Of a stretch of DNA of 49,037 nt, positions 38,859 through 47,030 are shown in pieces. The notes under the pieces were generated by a model. The model worked only from the letters and a program-made list of their open reading frames with translations. It was not told the origin of the DNA and did no database searches. Source of the DNA: a virus (taxonomy: Duplodnaviria > Heunggongvirae > Uroviricota > Caudoviricetes). How positions within the stretch are numbered: position 1 is the first letter of the stretch; each line of letters opens with the position of its first letter. The DNA is taken from IMG/VR virus record IMGVR_UViG_2660238147_000004, positions 1 to 49,037 of that record; one strand, given 5' to 3'. A program made the position numbers and the translations under genes.

Positions 38859-39074
38859 TTACTCTCCCCGTGCAGCCTTACGACGGTCCTCTCTGATTTT
38901 GAAATACAGGTTAGTCAGATATGTCAGGAAGCCCAGAACCAGACTCCCCAGTACACCAATCGCAGCCCACTGTGACGGACTGACCTGATCAAGCCACTGT
39001 AAAAACCAGTAGCCAGCACTGCCTGCGGAGGTGCCGTAGGCAATGCCCGTTGAAATTTTATCCATGGATTTCAT
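38859..39074 (-). CDS. S: holin, phage-21 S-type (pinholin-like, 71 aa, dual start MKSMDK)
   Basis: Start moved to ATG at 39074 (GGAGGT RBS); [28 protein letters not shown]... matches S21 as recalled. Confidence 0.85.
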   Translation of the reverse strand: MKSMDKISTGIAYGTSAGSAGYWFLQWLDQVSPSQWAAIGVLGSLVLGFLTYLTNLYFKIREDRRKAARGE

Positions 39075-39515
39075 AGCCTCACCTCCGCAGCGAACGGATG
39101 GCGTAGTTATAAGGGGAGCGAAAAAGAAAGAATGCGCGATTGCGCAATATGGTAACGTCAGGGTATTATCCACTGGCTGAATAGATCACTTCACGTTTTT
39201 TGTTCCTTGCCGCCCGTATCCATATGCGGGCTTTTTTTTGCATGTAAAAAGGCCCCAACACATGTGCGTGGGGCCTGAGAGTATACATGGTTTCAGTCAA
39301 CTGCATGGTGCCGGGTGCCTCCCGGTGAATTCAGTACCAGCACCTGAATCCGCGATTATCCCATATACCTACTCGCTGATTGCCCCTCCGCACAGGGGGA
39401 TTCACCATGCCAGTTTCTTTTAACAAACTCCCCGCAAAACAGACAACTGTCAACCGTCTGAATTGTGAGACATTTAAAAAAAAGGCCCGCAAAAGCGAGC
39501 CGGGAAAAATAAGTC

Positions 39516-39592
39516 TGGCGCGTTGTACTGGATTCGAACCAGTGACCGATTGCTTAGAAGGCAATTGCTCTGTCCGGTTGAGCTAACAACGC
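39516..39592 (-). tRNA. tRNA-Arg (anticodon UCU)
   Basis: Hand-folded cloverleaf: acceptor GCGTTGT/ACAACGC, anticodon loop CTTCTAA, T-arm GGTTCGAAT, CCA end. Confidence 0.8.
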
Positions 39593-39605
39593 AGGGTACA
39601 GATAA

Positions 39606-39682
39606 TGGACCGCCATCGAGGACTCGAACCCCGCGCAACCAGCTTCGAAGGCTGGTGCTCTATCCTGATGAGCTAATGGCGG
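39606..39682 (-). tRNA. tRNA-Arg (anticodon UCG)
   Basis: Hand-folded cloverleaf: anticodon loop CTTCGAA, T-arm GGTTCGAGT, CCA end; unusual C1-G72 acceptor pair. Confidence 0.7.
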
Positions 39683-39689
39683 TATGTGA

Positions 39690-39765
39690 TGGTGGCCCTT
39701 GCTGGATTTGAACCAGCGACCTGGCGATTATGAGTCGCTCGCTCTCACCTCTGAGCTAAAGGGCC
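39690..39765 (-). tRNA. tRNA with CAU anticodon (Ile2/ileZ-like or Met)
   Basis: Hand-folded cloverleaf: acceptor GGCCCTT/AAGGGCC, anticodon loop CTCATAA, T-arm GGTTCAAAT, CCA end. Confidence 0.8.
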
Positions 39766-39883
39766 GGGCGCAGGATAATAACGTTACGAAATCAATGTTG
39801 CAAGCATTCAAAAATCACCTGGTTAAAAATCACCCTTAGCTCCTCCACCAGCGCATTCACCATGTCTATCCGAGATAAGTGGC

Positions 39884-39906
39884 ACAAAAAAACCCGCTTG
39901 TGGGCG
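39884..39906 (-). terminator. tR'-like rho-independent terminator downstream of Q (target of Q antitermination)
   Basis: cccgc-loop-gcggg hairpin followed by a U7 run on the minus-strand transcript, about 70 nt downstream of the Q stop. Confidence 0.65.
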
Positions 39907-39975
39907 GGTTTTGTTTGCTTTTGCCATCACGTACAAAATCGGCAAAATATCAGATTTGCATGAAATATATGCCTT

Positions 39976-40665
39976 TCAATCTACTTTTGCAACACTTTGC
40001 TTTGAAAATGCCGCCTTTTGTTTTGAACGTGTTCTCATTACAAACAATAAAGCCTCACTATCCAGTCGTTGAAAAATGTGTTTCATTGCAACCCAGTGAC
40101 GAGTAAATGTTTTGGACCAGTTTTTAGTTGTCACTCCCGCCAGTAATGCCAGCTCCTGGTATTCATAACCTTCCCCACCAAAAAGTTCTGCTTTTACTGC
40201 CTGCGCCGCCAGCCAGATTAATTTTTTCAGGCGTTCCTGCGTTTTCCCTGCAATTTTTCTGGTACCGGATTGAGTATTAAATTCATTCCACGCCCACTGT
40301 GTTATCGCGATCTGATATTCCCAACAAATACTCCCGCCGTAACACCACAACAACCAGGCTTTATGATGCTCTTCAAGAGACAGCAAAGCCCGCCGCCATG
40401 ATGATGTCGAAAACTCAACCGGGCTGACCAGGGCAATTGATGAGCCATTCGCCAGTGATTGTTTTCCCGGGATTGGTGGATTATCCCGCGTTATCATTTT
40501 TCCAGTCACTTCATCGCGGTACCGGATTTTTTTTCGCCTGTAACGCCCTGTATCGAACATGGCATTCTCCTGCCAGGCTTCAAGCTGACCTTTTGTTGCC
40601 CCACTCAAATCAGCGGTGGCGATAATGAGCTGCTCACGCACAAACTGTAAATACTGGTTATTCAT
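39976..40665 (-). CDS. Q: late-gene antiterminator Q
   Basis: Start moved to ATG at 40665 (ATGA overlap with the rusA stop); immediately upstream of tR', tRNAs and lysis genes. Confidence 0.75.
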   Translation of the reverse strand: MNNQYLQFVREQLIIATADLSGATKGQLEAWQENAMFDTGRYRRKKIRYRDEVTGKMITRDNPPIPGKQSLANGSSIALVSPVEFSTSSWRRALLSLEEHHKAWLLWCYGGSICWEYQIAITQWAWNEFNTQSGTRKIAGKTQERLKKLIWLAAQAVKAELFGGEGYEYQELALLAGVTTKNWSKTFTRHWVAMKHIFQRLDSEALLFVMRTRSKQKAAFSKQSVAKVD

Positions 40666-41027
40666 GCGCACTCCAGTTCTGTGATTTTTATCCCCAGCCG
40701 CCCACCAGGAACGAGCTGACCGCGCACAATATTGATTTCATCAAACTGCTCGTCGTCTATAAGTAGTCCGGCATGCGTCAGCGCATCCAGTGGTGCCTTC
40801 AGGATATTGTCCAGGTCACGACGGCGCTTATCCGGTGGCTCTGCAATAATCTTTATCGCCAGCCTTCCGGACAGGTTTAATTTCAGCCGCTGCTGGCGAA
40901 CAATTAGCGCCACATCACGGCGATAACGCTTTCCGGCTTCCGAGATGAAATACGTATTGCCATGACGTCGCCAGTAGGTATTCACCGTCGGCGGGTAAGG
41001 CAAAACAAATTCTATGCGTTCAGTCAT
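40662..41027 (-). CDS. rusA: Holliday junction resolvase RusA
   Basis: MTERIEFVLPYPPTVNTYWRRHG...DLDNILKAPLDALTHAGLLIDDEQ... is the RusA signature. Confidence 0.9.
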   Translation of the reverse strand: MTERIEFVLPYPPTVNTYWRRHGNTYFISEAGKRYRRDVALIVRQQRLKLNLSGRLAIKIIAEPPDKRRRDLDNILKAPLDALTHAGLLIDDEQFDEINIVRGQLVPGGRLGIKITELECA

Positions 41028-42083
41028 TCATGCTTTCCACTTCAGGACACCCGAATTTCTCGCGTGCATTAAAAAACGAATCAGCAACAACAGCTGGCTG
41101 CCGTGTTTTTCTTCAAAATCTTTTACCCCGGCGTGCAGTTCGTTATGACATTTACGGCACAGCGGAATAACAAACAAATCATCAGCCTTTGTTCCCATCC
41201 CTCCCAGTCCATGACCAATGATGTGATGCGGATCATCTGCCTGATTACCGCACGTCATGCATTTCTGCGTTTTTACCCAACGCGTGTATACAGGCATCTC
41301 TTCCCGTTGTGGTTTCTGGCGCTGGAGATACTGAGCCGGTGACTCCGGATCAACGGCAATGCTGACCACCGTCTTTTCCTGTGGCGGGTTTTGCTGGTGG
41401 GCATGAGGCAACGGCGCAAGATTTTTTGTGCGCTGCTTCAGTATGCTGGTGGCGGTCTGCTCTCCCGGTACGATGTCGCTTTCGCGGTACAAGGAGCGGA
41501 TTTTTTCCGCACGTAACCCCAGAGAACGACGTAATACTGCCTCCGGAAGCGCGTCCGCCACCTGATTGCAGACCGCCCACCAGGATAATTCAGCCAGCGA
41601 CAATTCCCGCTCCTGCGTGCCATTCATTGCATGGCGTATGACGTCAATCATCCATGCTGACAGGTTTTGATGAGCAAGTTGCCCGAGTGATTCGGATGTC
41701 TGGTCACGCAACTGGTTGTCGCAGTGCCAGCACAACACCATCGCGCCGGTACCGTAACGATGTATGACGATTTCACTGTGATGATAGTCACCATGAGGCC
41801 ACTGGCAGGATTTGACATGACGCAACAGCCAGTCAGACAGTGCCCCAGCGCCGCCAGCAGCACGAATCACCCGCTCATCGCTGAAAAATGGCAGTAATGA
41901 TTTATCCTCCGCCAGCGGCTGGCGAACGGCAGGGACGACTCCGGACGGCAGACCGCGCATGCTTTTCGGTTCAGGCTCCACCAGCACTCGAGGGTTATGA
42001 AATACTTGCATGGATTCACAGCCCGGCCTAAGGACCACCAGCCCGAGTTCCGGTACCAGAACAGGTCGAAGTAATACCCGCAC
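41028..42083 (-). CDS. DUF968-like protein (YdfU-like) with C-terminal HNH-like zinc motif
   Basis: C-terminal ...CMTCGNQADDPHHIIGHGLGGMGTKADDLFVIPLCRKCHNELH...; GTG start at 42083 or ATG at 42011. Confidence 0.65.
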   Translation of the reverse strand: MRVLLRPVLVPELGLVVLRPGCESMQVFHNPRVLVEPEPKSMRGLPSGVVPAVRQPLAEDKSLLPFFSDERVIRAAGGAGALSDWLLRHVKSCQWPHGDYHHSEIVIHRYGTGAMVLCWHCDNQLRDQTSESLGQLAHQNLSAWMIDVIRHAMNGTQERELSLAELSWWAVCNQVADALPEAVLRRSLGLRAEKIRSLYRESDIVPGEQTATSILKQRTKNLAPLPHAHQQNPPQEKTVVSIAVDPESPAQYLQRQKPQREEMPVYTRWVKTQKCMTCGNQADDPHHIIGHGLGGMGTKADDLFVIPLCRKCHNELHAGVKDFEEKHGSQLLLLIRFLMHARNSGVLKWKA

Positions 42084-42084
42084 G

Positions 42085-42357
42085 TTACCTCCAGATGCGT
42101 TGCTGGAATGTGCGGGACGGACGCGGTGGGCGTTCAGAGTAAGGAAGCCTGACGGAGATTATCCAGTGACGATAATCGAGGCTGAGGGCTTTCTTAATCT
42201 CGTATCCGCGTCTGCGGTAGTTATGAATTAGCCATTCGGCCTGTTCTTCAGTACATGGTGGGTGTTGGTACCAGTCGGTTTTAAATGCGTGTGAACGCCG
42301 CTCATGCCGGATGGCAAGGTCGGTATCAGAATTGTGAAATTTGGTTTTGTGCGCCAT
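42085..42357 (-). CDS. hypothetical protein (90 aa)
   Basis: ORF immediately upstream of and coupled to the DUF968-like gene. Confidence 0.45.
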   Translation of the reverse strand: MAHKTKFHNSDTDLAIRHERRSHAFKTDWYQHPPCTEEQAEWLIHNYRRRGYEIKKALSLDYRHWIISVRLPYSERPPRPSRTFQQRIWR

Positions 42358-42428
42358 CTGTTTTCTCTGCTGGCGCAGCAGGTGTCAGGTGTTCAGGCTG
42401 ACGTGCGAATTGTAAACCAGAATGCCAG

Positions 42429-42454
42429 GAAAAAACAAAACCCGCCGAAGCGGG
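42429..42454 (-). terminator. rho-independent terminator downstream of the hok-like gene
   Basis: cccgc-cgaa-gcggg hairpin followed by UUUUGUUUUUU on the minus-strand transcript. Confidence 0.55.
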
Positions 42455-42524
42455 TTAAGTGCGGGTGCGTTGAGGATGCCTGACACATCAGAGGCGGCGA
42501 GGGATTTCTCCCTCGCCAAGTCTC

Positions 42525-42680
42525 TTACTCCTCAGGTTCGTAGACTGTGAAGACAGCGACCTCCGTCTGGCCGGTTCGGATTCGTACCTCGCAGAGGTCT
42601 TTCCTCGTTACCAGTGCCGTCACTATGACGGTTAAACAGATGACGATCAGGGCGATTAACATCGCCTTTTGCTGCTTCAT
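42525..42680 (-). CDS. Hok/Gef-family type I toxin (51 aa; HokD/RelF-like)
   Basis: MKQQKAMLIALIVICLTVIVTALVTRKDLCEVRIRTGQTEVAVFTVYEPEE is near-identical to chromosomal Hok-family toxins as recalled. Confidence 0.9.
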   Translation of the reverse strand: MKQQKAMLIALIVICLTVIVTALVTRKDLCEVRIRTGQTEVAVFTVYEPEE

Positions 42681-42971
42681 AGCCTGCTTCTCCTTGCCTT
42701 TCGGCACGTAAGAGGCTAACCTACGTGTGTAGAGCATAGATATGGCCTCAGATTAATGTTAAGCGTCTTGCCGGACGCGTAATGTTAACTGGGGCTTTTC
42801 TCTATCTGCCTTTTGGTGTTCATGCCTGAGACAGATAGCCTCAAGCACCCGCTGCAATTCTACTTAACTCTCCTTTTCCCGCAAACCGTTTTTATCCCCA
42901 GCGGCAAATCGAATACACCACCAGCGCCACCGCCATCGCAATTCCTACCGTTGTTAATGCTTCAGGCCAGG

Positions 42972-43316
42972 TCATCGTAAAATATCCTCCACGCTTATCA
43001 GTCCGTTCCGCTCCAGATAACTCATCGCCTTATCCGGTAATTTGCAGTCTGGCTTCGCTTTCCTCAGTTGCCAGGTTAACTGCTTTACCAGCATGGTTAA
43101 CTCATCGACCAGACGCTGATATCCCACTGGTTTGTATTCATGCAATTTACCGGCTGGCTCTGCTGCCAGCGATACCAGTGCGATTTCCAGAACAGCAATA
43201 TCCATCTTATATGTGCGGATGATGTCATGGTCGATTGTGCCCGGTATGCACAGTCTCTGTGCTTCAATAGTCTCCTCTGCGTGAGCTATTAACTGCTCTC
43301 TGGTAAAAGTCGTCAT
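42972..43316 (-). CDS. hypothetical protein (114 aa)
   Basis: ORF; N-terminal half paralogous to the upstream 54-aa ORF. Confidence 0.5.
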   Translation of the reverse strand: MTTFTREQLIAHAEETIEAQRLCIPGTIDHDIIRTYKMDIAVLEIALVSLAAEPAGKLHEYKPVGYQRLVDELTMLVKQLTWQLRKAKPDCKLPDKAMSYLERNGLISVEDILR

Positions 43317-43480
43317 GCCGTAGCCCCTTCTTGATATTTTTCAAACCAGAACACAACCGGCTCTGCTTCCAGCGATGCCAGCGCAATCCGTGCCAGTTCC
43401 ATTTGTTCACCACGGGTAAGCCCGTTTTCAAGCGGGTTTTTAATGAACAATTCAATACGTTCTTTGGTAATAGTGGTCAT
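43316..43480 (-). CDS. small protein (54 aa), paralogue of the N-terminal half of 42972-43316
   Basis: Found by hand: [59 protein letters not shown] overlap with the next gene. Confidence 0.45.
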
Positions 43481-43490
43481 GTGTTACTCC

Positions 43491-43754
43491 TTAACCCGCA
43501 GTGCTTTCAACTGATGAGGGGAACAAAATCTTTTCATCAAACCCTGCATTCATATCATGGACAGCAACACACCAATCCATTGACGAACGATTATCAAGAG
43601 CCTCCATGATTTCATCCATGCGGCGCAGGTCATACAGGTAAATGCTTTTATCGCCAATGGTGTAAAAACCAATTTTTTTCGGTGATGGACAGCGATCAAG
43701 AACGTCCTGTAATTCGTTCAACCATGCCTGTTCTTTTTTTGTCAAAGTTGCCAT
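43491..43754 (-). CDS. hypothetical protein (87 aa)
   Basis: ORF from an internal ATG (MATLTKKEQ...). Confidence 0.45.
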   Translation of the reverse strand: MATLTKKEQAWLNELQDVLDRCPSPKKIGFYTIGDKSIYLYDLRRMDEIMEALDNRSSMDWCVAVHDMNAGFDEKILFPSSVESTAG

Positions 43755-43755
43755 A

Positions 43756-43974
43756 TCAGTTTTCCTTATACGGATTAATTTTATTGTGCAGTGTGTTGAA
43801 CGGAGCCCATACCACGTCGTTATACAATTCAATAACTGGCTCAATTATTTTTCCGATTCCCCATACCAGAATTAACGGGGATATCGGTATCATCAACACG
43901 ATAAACAGAATGAGAAACAAAAATTCTGTCGCTCTACTTTTTCGCGGATATTCTTTTCTGAATAATGTAGGCAC
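43756..43974 (-). CDS. small hydrophobic membrane protein (72 aa)
   Basis: One or two predicted TM helices (FLFLILFIVLMIPISPLILVWGIG). Confidence 0.4.
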   Translation of the reverse strand: MPTLFRKEYPRKSRATEFLFLILFIVLMIPISPLILVWGIGKIIEPVIELYNDVVWAPFNTLHNKINPYKEN

Positions 43975-43975
43975 A

Positions 43976-44191
43976 TCACTCTCCTTTGTTGCTCCTCAAA
44001 ATTTTATGCCCTGGCGCAAAAGCACGCGTTTTGTCGGCACTTATTCGCCACCCATCTTTACGTGCCTCTTTTGCACAGCCAGCCCATGACGTACCGATAT
44101 ACTCACCAAAATCTGGCGACTGATATTTGCCATCCGTACACTGGCGGCAATCACAATAGAGATGCATGGTATAACTTGCGGCAATACCCAT
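43976..44191 (-). CDS. small Cys-containing protein (71 aa)
   Basis: CDCRQC...C pattern suggests metal binding. Confidence 0.4.
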   Translation of the reverse strand: MGIAASYTMHLYCDCRQCTDGKYQSPDFGEYIGTSWAGCAKEARKDGWRISADKTRAFAPGHKILRSNKGE

Positions 44192-44551
44192 TCAGCCTCC
44201 TTTGATGCCCGTGTTTACAACCAGGCAGGCCTCCTTGAGTACCCAGTCAATAGCGTCTTTCCATGCTCCGGTTTCAACTGGCGGATCCTCACGCCGTACC
44301 TGTTCATAAAAGCGCACAGCTTTAACCAGTCCTTCTGATGTCACCGAAGCTGGCGGGGCCGTGAATAACGCCTGAATTTCATAGTTTGGTCTGTCGTTAC
44401 AATCCTCTTTTGTCGGGACATATTTCCAGTCACCAACCCACTGCTTCCCCTGAAAGTCTGTAACGCCTTTTTTCACGTAGCGATATCGCCATGCCACTGG
44501 TTTTGCCTGCCCTGCCTTTTCATGCCCTTCCTGATAATTAATCTCGCTCAT
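44192..44551 (-). CDS. hypothetical protein (119 aa)
   Basis: ORF with start adjacent to the upstream gene's stop. Confidence 0.45.
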   Translation of the reverse strand: MSEINYQEGHEKAGQAKPVAWRYRYVKKGVTDFQGKQWVGDWKYVPTKEDCNDRPNYEIQALFTAPPASVTSEGLVKAVRFYEQVRREDPPVETGAWKDAIDWVLKEACLVVNTGIKGG

Positions 44552-44724
44552 TCATCGCCCCACTCATCACAATATGCTTCGACCGGTGTTTTCCCTGCTT
44601 CATAATCATCACGCCATGCTTCAGCATCAGCGGCACTTCCACCGCGTAACTCTGCATAATCCATTAACAGTTCATGCCATTCTTCAAAACTGGCGTTATA
44701 TTTAGTTGAACCAAAATCAGCCAT
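44548..44724 (-). CDS. possible small protein (58 aa)
   Basis: Found by hand: MADFGSTKYNASFEEWHELLMDYAELRGGSAADAEAWRDDYEAGKTPVEAYCDEWGDE with GAGGAAG RBS. Confidence 0.35.
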   Translation of the reverse strand: MADFGSTKYNASFEEWHELLMDYAELRGGSAADAEAWRDDYEAGKTPVEAYCDEWGDE

Positions 44725-44899
44725 TTTGTTCTTCCTCTTCGTCTTTTATTTCGTGGTATGAGTAATTGCAGTAGTTAAAGAAAATATCTTTAGCTTCATC
44801 CTGTATTTCATCTGGTGTTGCATCATCATCCACTTCGAATTCATCCTCGAAATCTCCACCGGCTATTCCCGTTTCAATAATTATTTTGAATTTTCGCAT
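44717..44899 (-). CDS. small highly acidic protein (60 aa)
   Basis: Asp/Glu-rich; could be a DNA mimic or chaperone-like protein. Confidence 0.4.
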   Translation of the reverse strand: MRKFKIIIETGIAGGDFEDEFEVDDDATPDEIQDEAKDIFFNYCNYSYHEIKDEEEEQNG

Positions 44900-45027
44900 T
44901 TCACTACCGCCCTTTCGGACGGCCTCCTGATGTTCTGAGGGTGCAGGAATCCCTCCGGTTAAGGATTTAATAAAAATCGTTTCTGATTTAAATCTTCAGT
45001 ATTTAGTTGTTAGTCGGTTTATAGCCT

Positions 45028-45339
45028 TTATGCTTCGGCCTTATTTCTCAGCCATACACAAACCGGGCCATCTTCGGTGTCATGTATTGAACCAATAAAC
45101 CATCCATTGCCCTCTGGTCGTTCCGGTTCCCATGCAGAAATATCAGCATCACACGCATCAAGGTCAGCACATCCTTCATCTCTGAAGCAGAGGACGTATT
45201 GAAGATTATTTTCCTCCATCCAGGCGTTAAACTCTTCCGTTGAAATATATTCCCGACCGTCACAGAATTTTTCATATTCAGGATGCGTCCAGTAGCCATA
45301 TTCATCACGTACTACTGGTATTTCTTTAATTTCATTCAT
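45028..45339 (-). CDS. hypothetical protein (103 aa)
   Basis: ORF, Cys- and Trp-containing, acidic. Confidence 0.45.
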   Translation of the reverse strand: MNEIKEIPVVRDEYGYWTHPEYEKFCDGREYISTEEFNAWMEENNLQYVLCFRDEGCADLDACDADISAWEPERPEGNGWFIGSIHDTEDGPVCVWLRNKAEA

Positions 45340-45586
45340 TTCTGTTCTCCCACGTTTTCAGACTTTCACCACAGAACGGACAAAATGAAACCCGAACTGG
45401 TAATTTAGAAAATTCACCGGAACGCAACATCACAAAATCAGGACCGCGAGTTAAACTCTCATTCCAGATTTTGTATATCAGCAGACCTTTTCGCATCGTG
45501 TATTCAGCATCACGCTCAAGGGACTTTGCCAGTGCTGCACATGGTTCTATCTTGTTGCCATTAACCTGGCATTTTGATTCACTCAC
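45332..45586 (-). CDS. hypothetical protein (84 aa) with CxxC...CPFC zinc-ribbon-like motif
   Basis: ORF coupled to its neighbours. Confidence 0.45.
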   Translation of the reverse strand: MSESKCQVNGNKIEPCAALAKSLERDAEYTMRKGLLIYKIWNESLTRGPDFVMLRSGEFSKLPVRVSFCPFCGESLKTWENRNE

Positions 45587-46005
45587 CGCACCACCTCCTC
45601 AAAATTCCCCTGATAAAACGCCAGTACACGCTGCATAGCTTCACTCTTCCGGCACTCGCGACAGATTATGTTTAGGCGCCTGTCGTAGCGACGTATTTCT
45701 CCGTCAGGTAATGACCAGATAAGGTCCGGATCAACCGCAGATGGTTTCTTCAGCTTTGCCCTTGAGAGCTTTTTACGGGCATTTTGCCAGTCCTTACGCG
45801 CCTGTTCAGACGGGAATAACCCGTAACCAGAGTTGTATACATCGCCACTGGCAACCAGCTCTCTGGCCAGAACGCTCATCAGATATCTTGTTGCCCCAGT
45901 TTTAGTTTCCAGTTGTCGTAACGTCTCGCGCCCACTCTGGCGTACGAGTTCAACAACCTGCCCTTTAATTTTTTCCCGCTCTTCTTGTGTAAAAACTTTT
46001 GCCAC
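45583..46005 (-). CDS. hypothetical protein (140 aa)
   Basis: ORF immediately downstream of the replication gene. Confidence 0.5.
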   Translation of the reverse strand: MAKVFTQEEREKIKGQVVELVRQSGRETLRQLETKTGATRYLMSVLARELVASGDVYNSGYGLFPSEQARKDWQNARKKLSRAKLKKPSAVDPDLIWSLPDGEIRRYDRRLNIICRECRKSEAMQRVLAFYQGNFEEVVR

Positions 46006-46045
46006 AAGCCCTCCTGAAAATTACCTCATGACCAGAAATTAACAC

Positions 46046-47008
46046 TTACCCCCTGAATCCCGGCGGTATTTCAGTGTCCGGTTCAGAAATGTGATTCACG
46101 CAACGCTGCGCAGGCGAACGCCCCAGGCGGATAACCAGTTCATCCCATTTTTCCCGGAGTTTTGCCGGACTCATGATGTTTTTTACCCAGAACGAATCCC
46201 GCTGGAGACGCCCAAACATTTCACAAATTTGTCTGTGAGTTCTGCCATCCAGCATCCGCATTGTGCGAACGTCATTGGCCCATGCTGTCCAGTTGGGTTC
46301 TTTCGGTCTAGTGATCTCGCCATCATCGCTGGCCGCCTGCTCGTAAAGACTCACGATTCGTCCCCAGATCCACTGTGCGCACACCAAATCTTCCTGACTT
46401 CCCCACTGGCGTTTTTTCGCACTGAACACAACCGCGTCAGGGTGTCGGGTTAAAAAATCCTGTTCAGCCGTCTGCGGGTCCGGTTGCGAAGCGTCCGGAC
46501 AAGAAGATCTTTTATCTGACGGATCAGGTTTTAATACTGACGGATCGGGGTCAATCATCGCCCCCCTAATCGGCAGTTTTTTATCAACGGTTGATCCATC
46601 AAAATTTGACGGGTCAACCGTTGAGGGGTCAATATTTGACGGGTCAACTGTTAACGGGTCATTTTTTGCCGGGCTAATTTTTCTTTTCGGTTTATATGAC
46701 TCACGCGCCGCCGCCGCAGCTGCTTCGAGTTTTTCCACATTAAGCCGATAGATATTGCTTACATTACGCCCACCGACCTTACGCTCTTCCTTCGTCAGCC
46801 AGCCCTCTTTCGCCAGTTCTGCAATAGCCGATTTCACTGTGGATTCACTTCTTGCACCGATCTGACGCCGGATAGTTTCAATGGCAGGCCATGACACGCC
46901 CTCGTCATTGCTGTAGTCTGCAAGACGGGCCATAACCGCCACCCTGGATAAGATCATGCCGGTGAAGGCGCACCCTTCCCAGACAAGACCATGAAGCTTG
47001 CTGCTCAT
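46046..47008 (-). CDS. replication initiation protein (O-like; N-terminal winged-helix, repetitive middle, C-terminal DnaT-like region)
   Basis: Start moved to ATG at 47008; position after the cro/cII-equivalent genes; internal DNA repeats encode DPSNIDPSTVDPSNFDGSTVD. Confidence 0.7.
   Translation of the reverse strand: MSSKLHGLVWEGCAFTGMILSRVAVMARLADYSNDEGVSWPAIETIRRQIGARSESTVKSAIAELAKEGWLTKEERKVGGRNVSNIYRLNVEKLEAAAAAARESYKPKRKISPAKNDPLTVDPSNIDPSTVDPSNFDGSTVDKKLPIRGAMIDPDPSVLKPDPSDKRSSCPDASQPDPQTAEQDFLTRHPDAVVFSAKKRQWGSQEDLVCAQWIWGRIVSLYEQAASDDGEITRPKEPNWTAWANDVRTMRMLDGRTHRQICEMFGRLQRDSFWVKNIMSPAKLREKWDELVIRLGRSPAQRCVNHISEPDTEIPPGFRG
46505..46680. repeat. iteron-like direct repeats (TGACGG[GA]TCA variants, at least 5 copies) inside the replication gene: putative origin
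   Basis: ctgacggatcagg / ctgacggatcgggg / ttgacgggtcaaccgtt / tgacgggtcaactgtt / aacgggtca followed by an AT-rich stretch. Confidence 0.6.
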
Positions 47009-47030
47009 AAAACCCCCGAACACCGTGCTT

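Noticed and set aside
39075-39515. Shiga-toxin-like cargo between the tRNA cluster and the holin
   Set aside because: Only short overlapping ORFs of 61-77 aa with no signal peptide or RBS are present; no stxA/stxB-sized genes
39238-39586. Plus-strand ORFs 39238-39423 and 39380-39586 and minus-strand ORF 39331-39564
   Set aside because: They overlap the tRNA genes and terminator hairpins and have no coding signal
42525-42737. 70-aa extended reading frame upstream of hok as a mok equivalent
   Set aside because: The extension is in the same frame as hok, whereas mok overlaps hok in a different frame; the 51-aa ATG-initiated toxin is the supported CDS
46505-46680. Possible CRISPR-like direct repeats
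   Set aside because: The repeats are short (about 10-17 bp), degenerate, lack regular unique spacers and lie inside a replication gene; they are interpreted as origin iterons, not a CRISPR array
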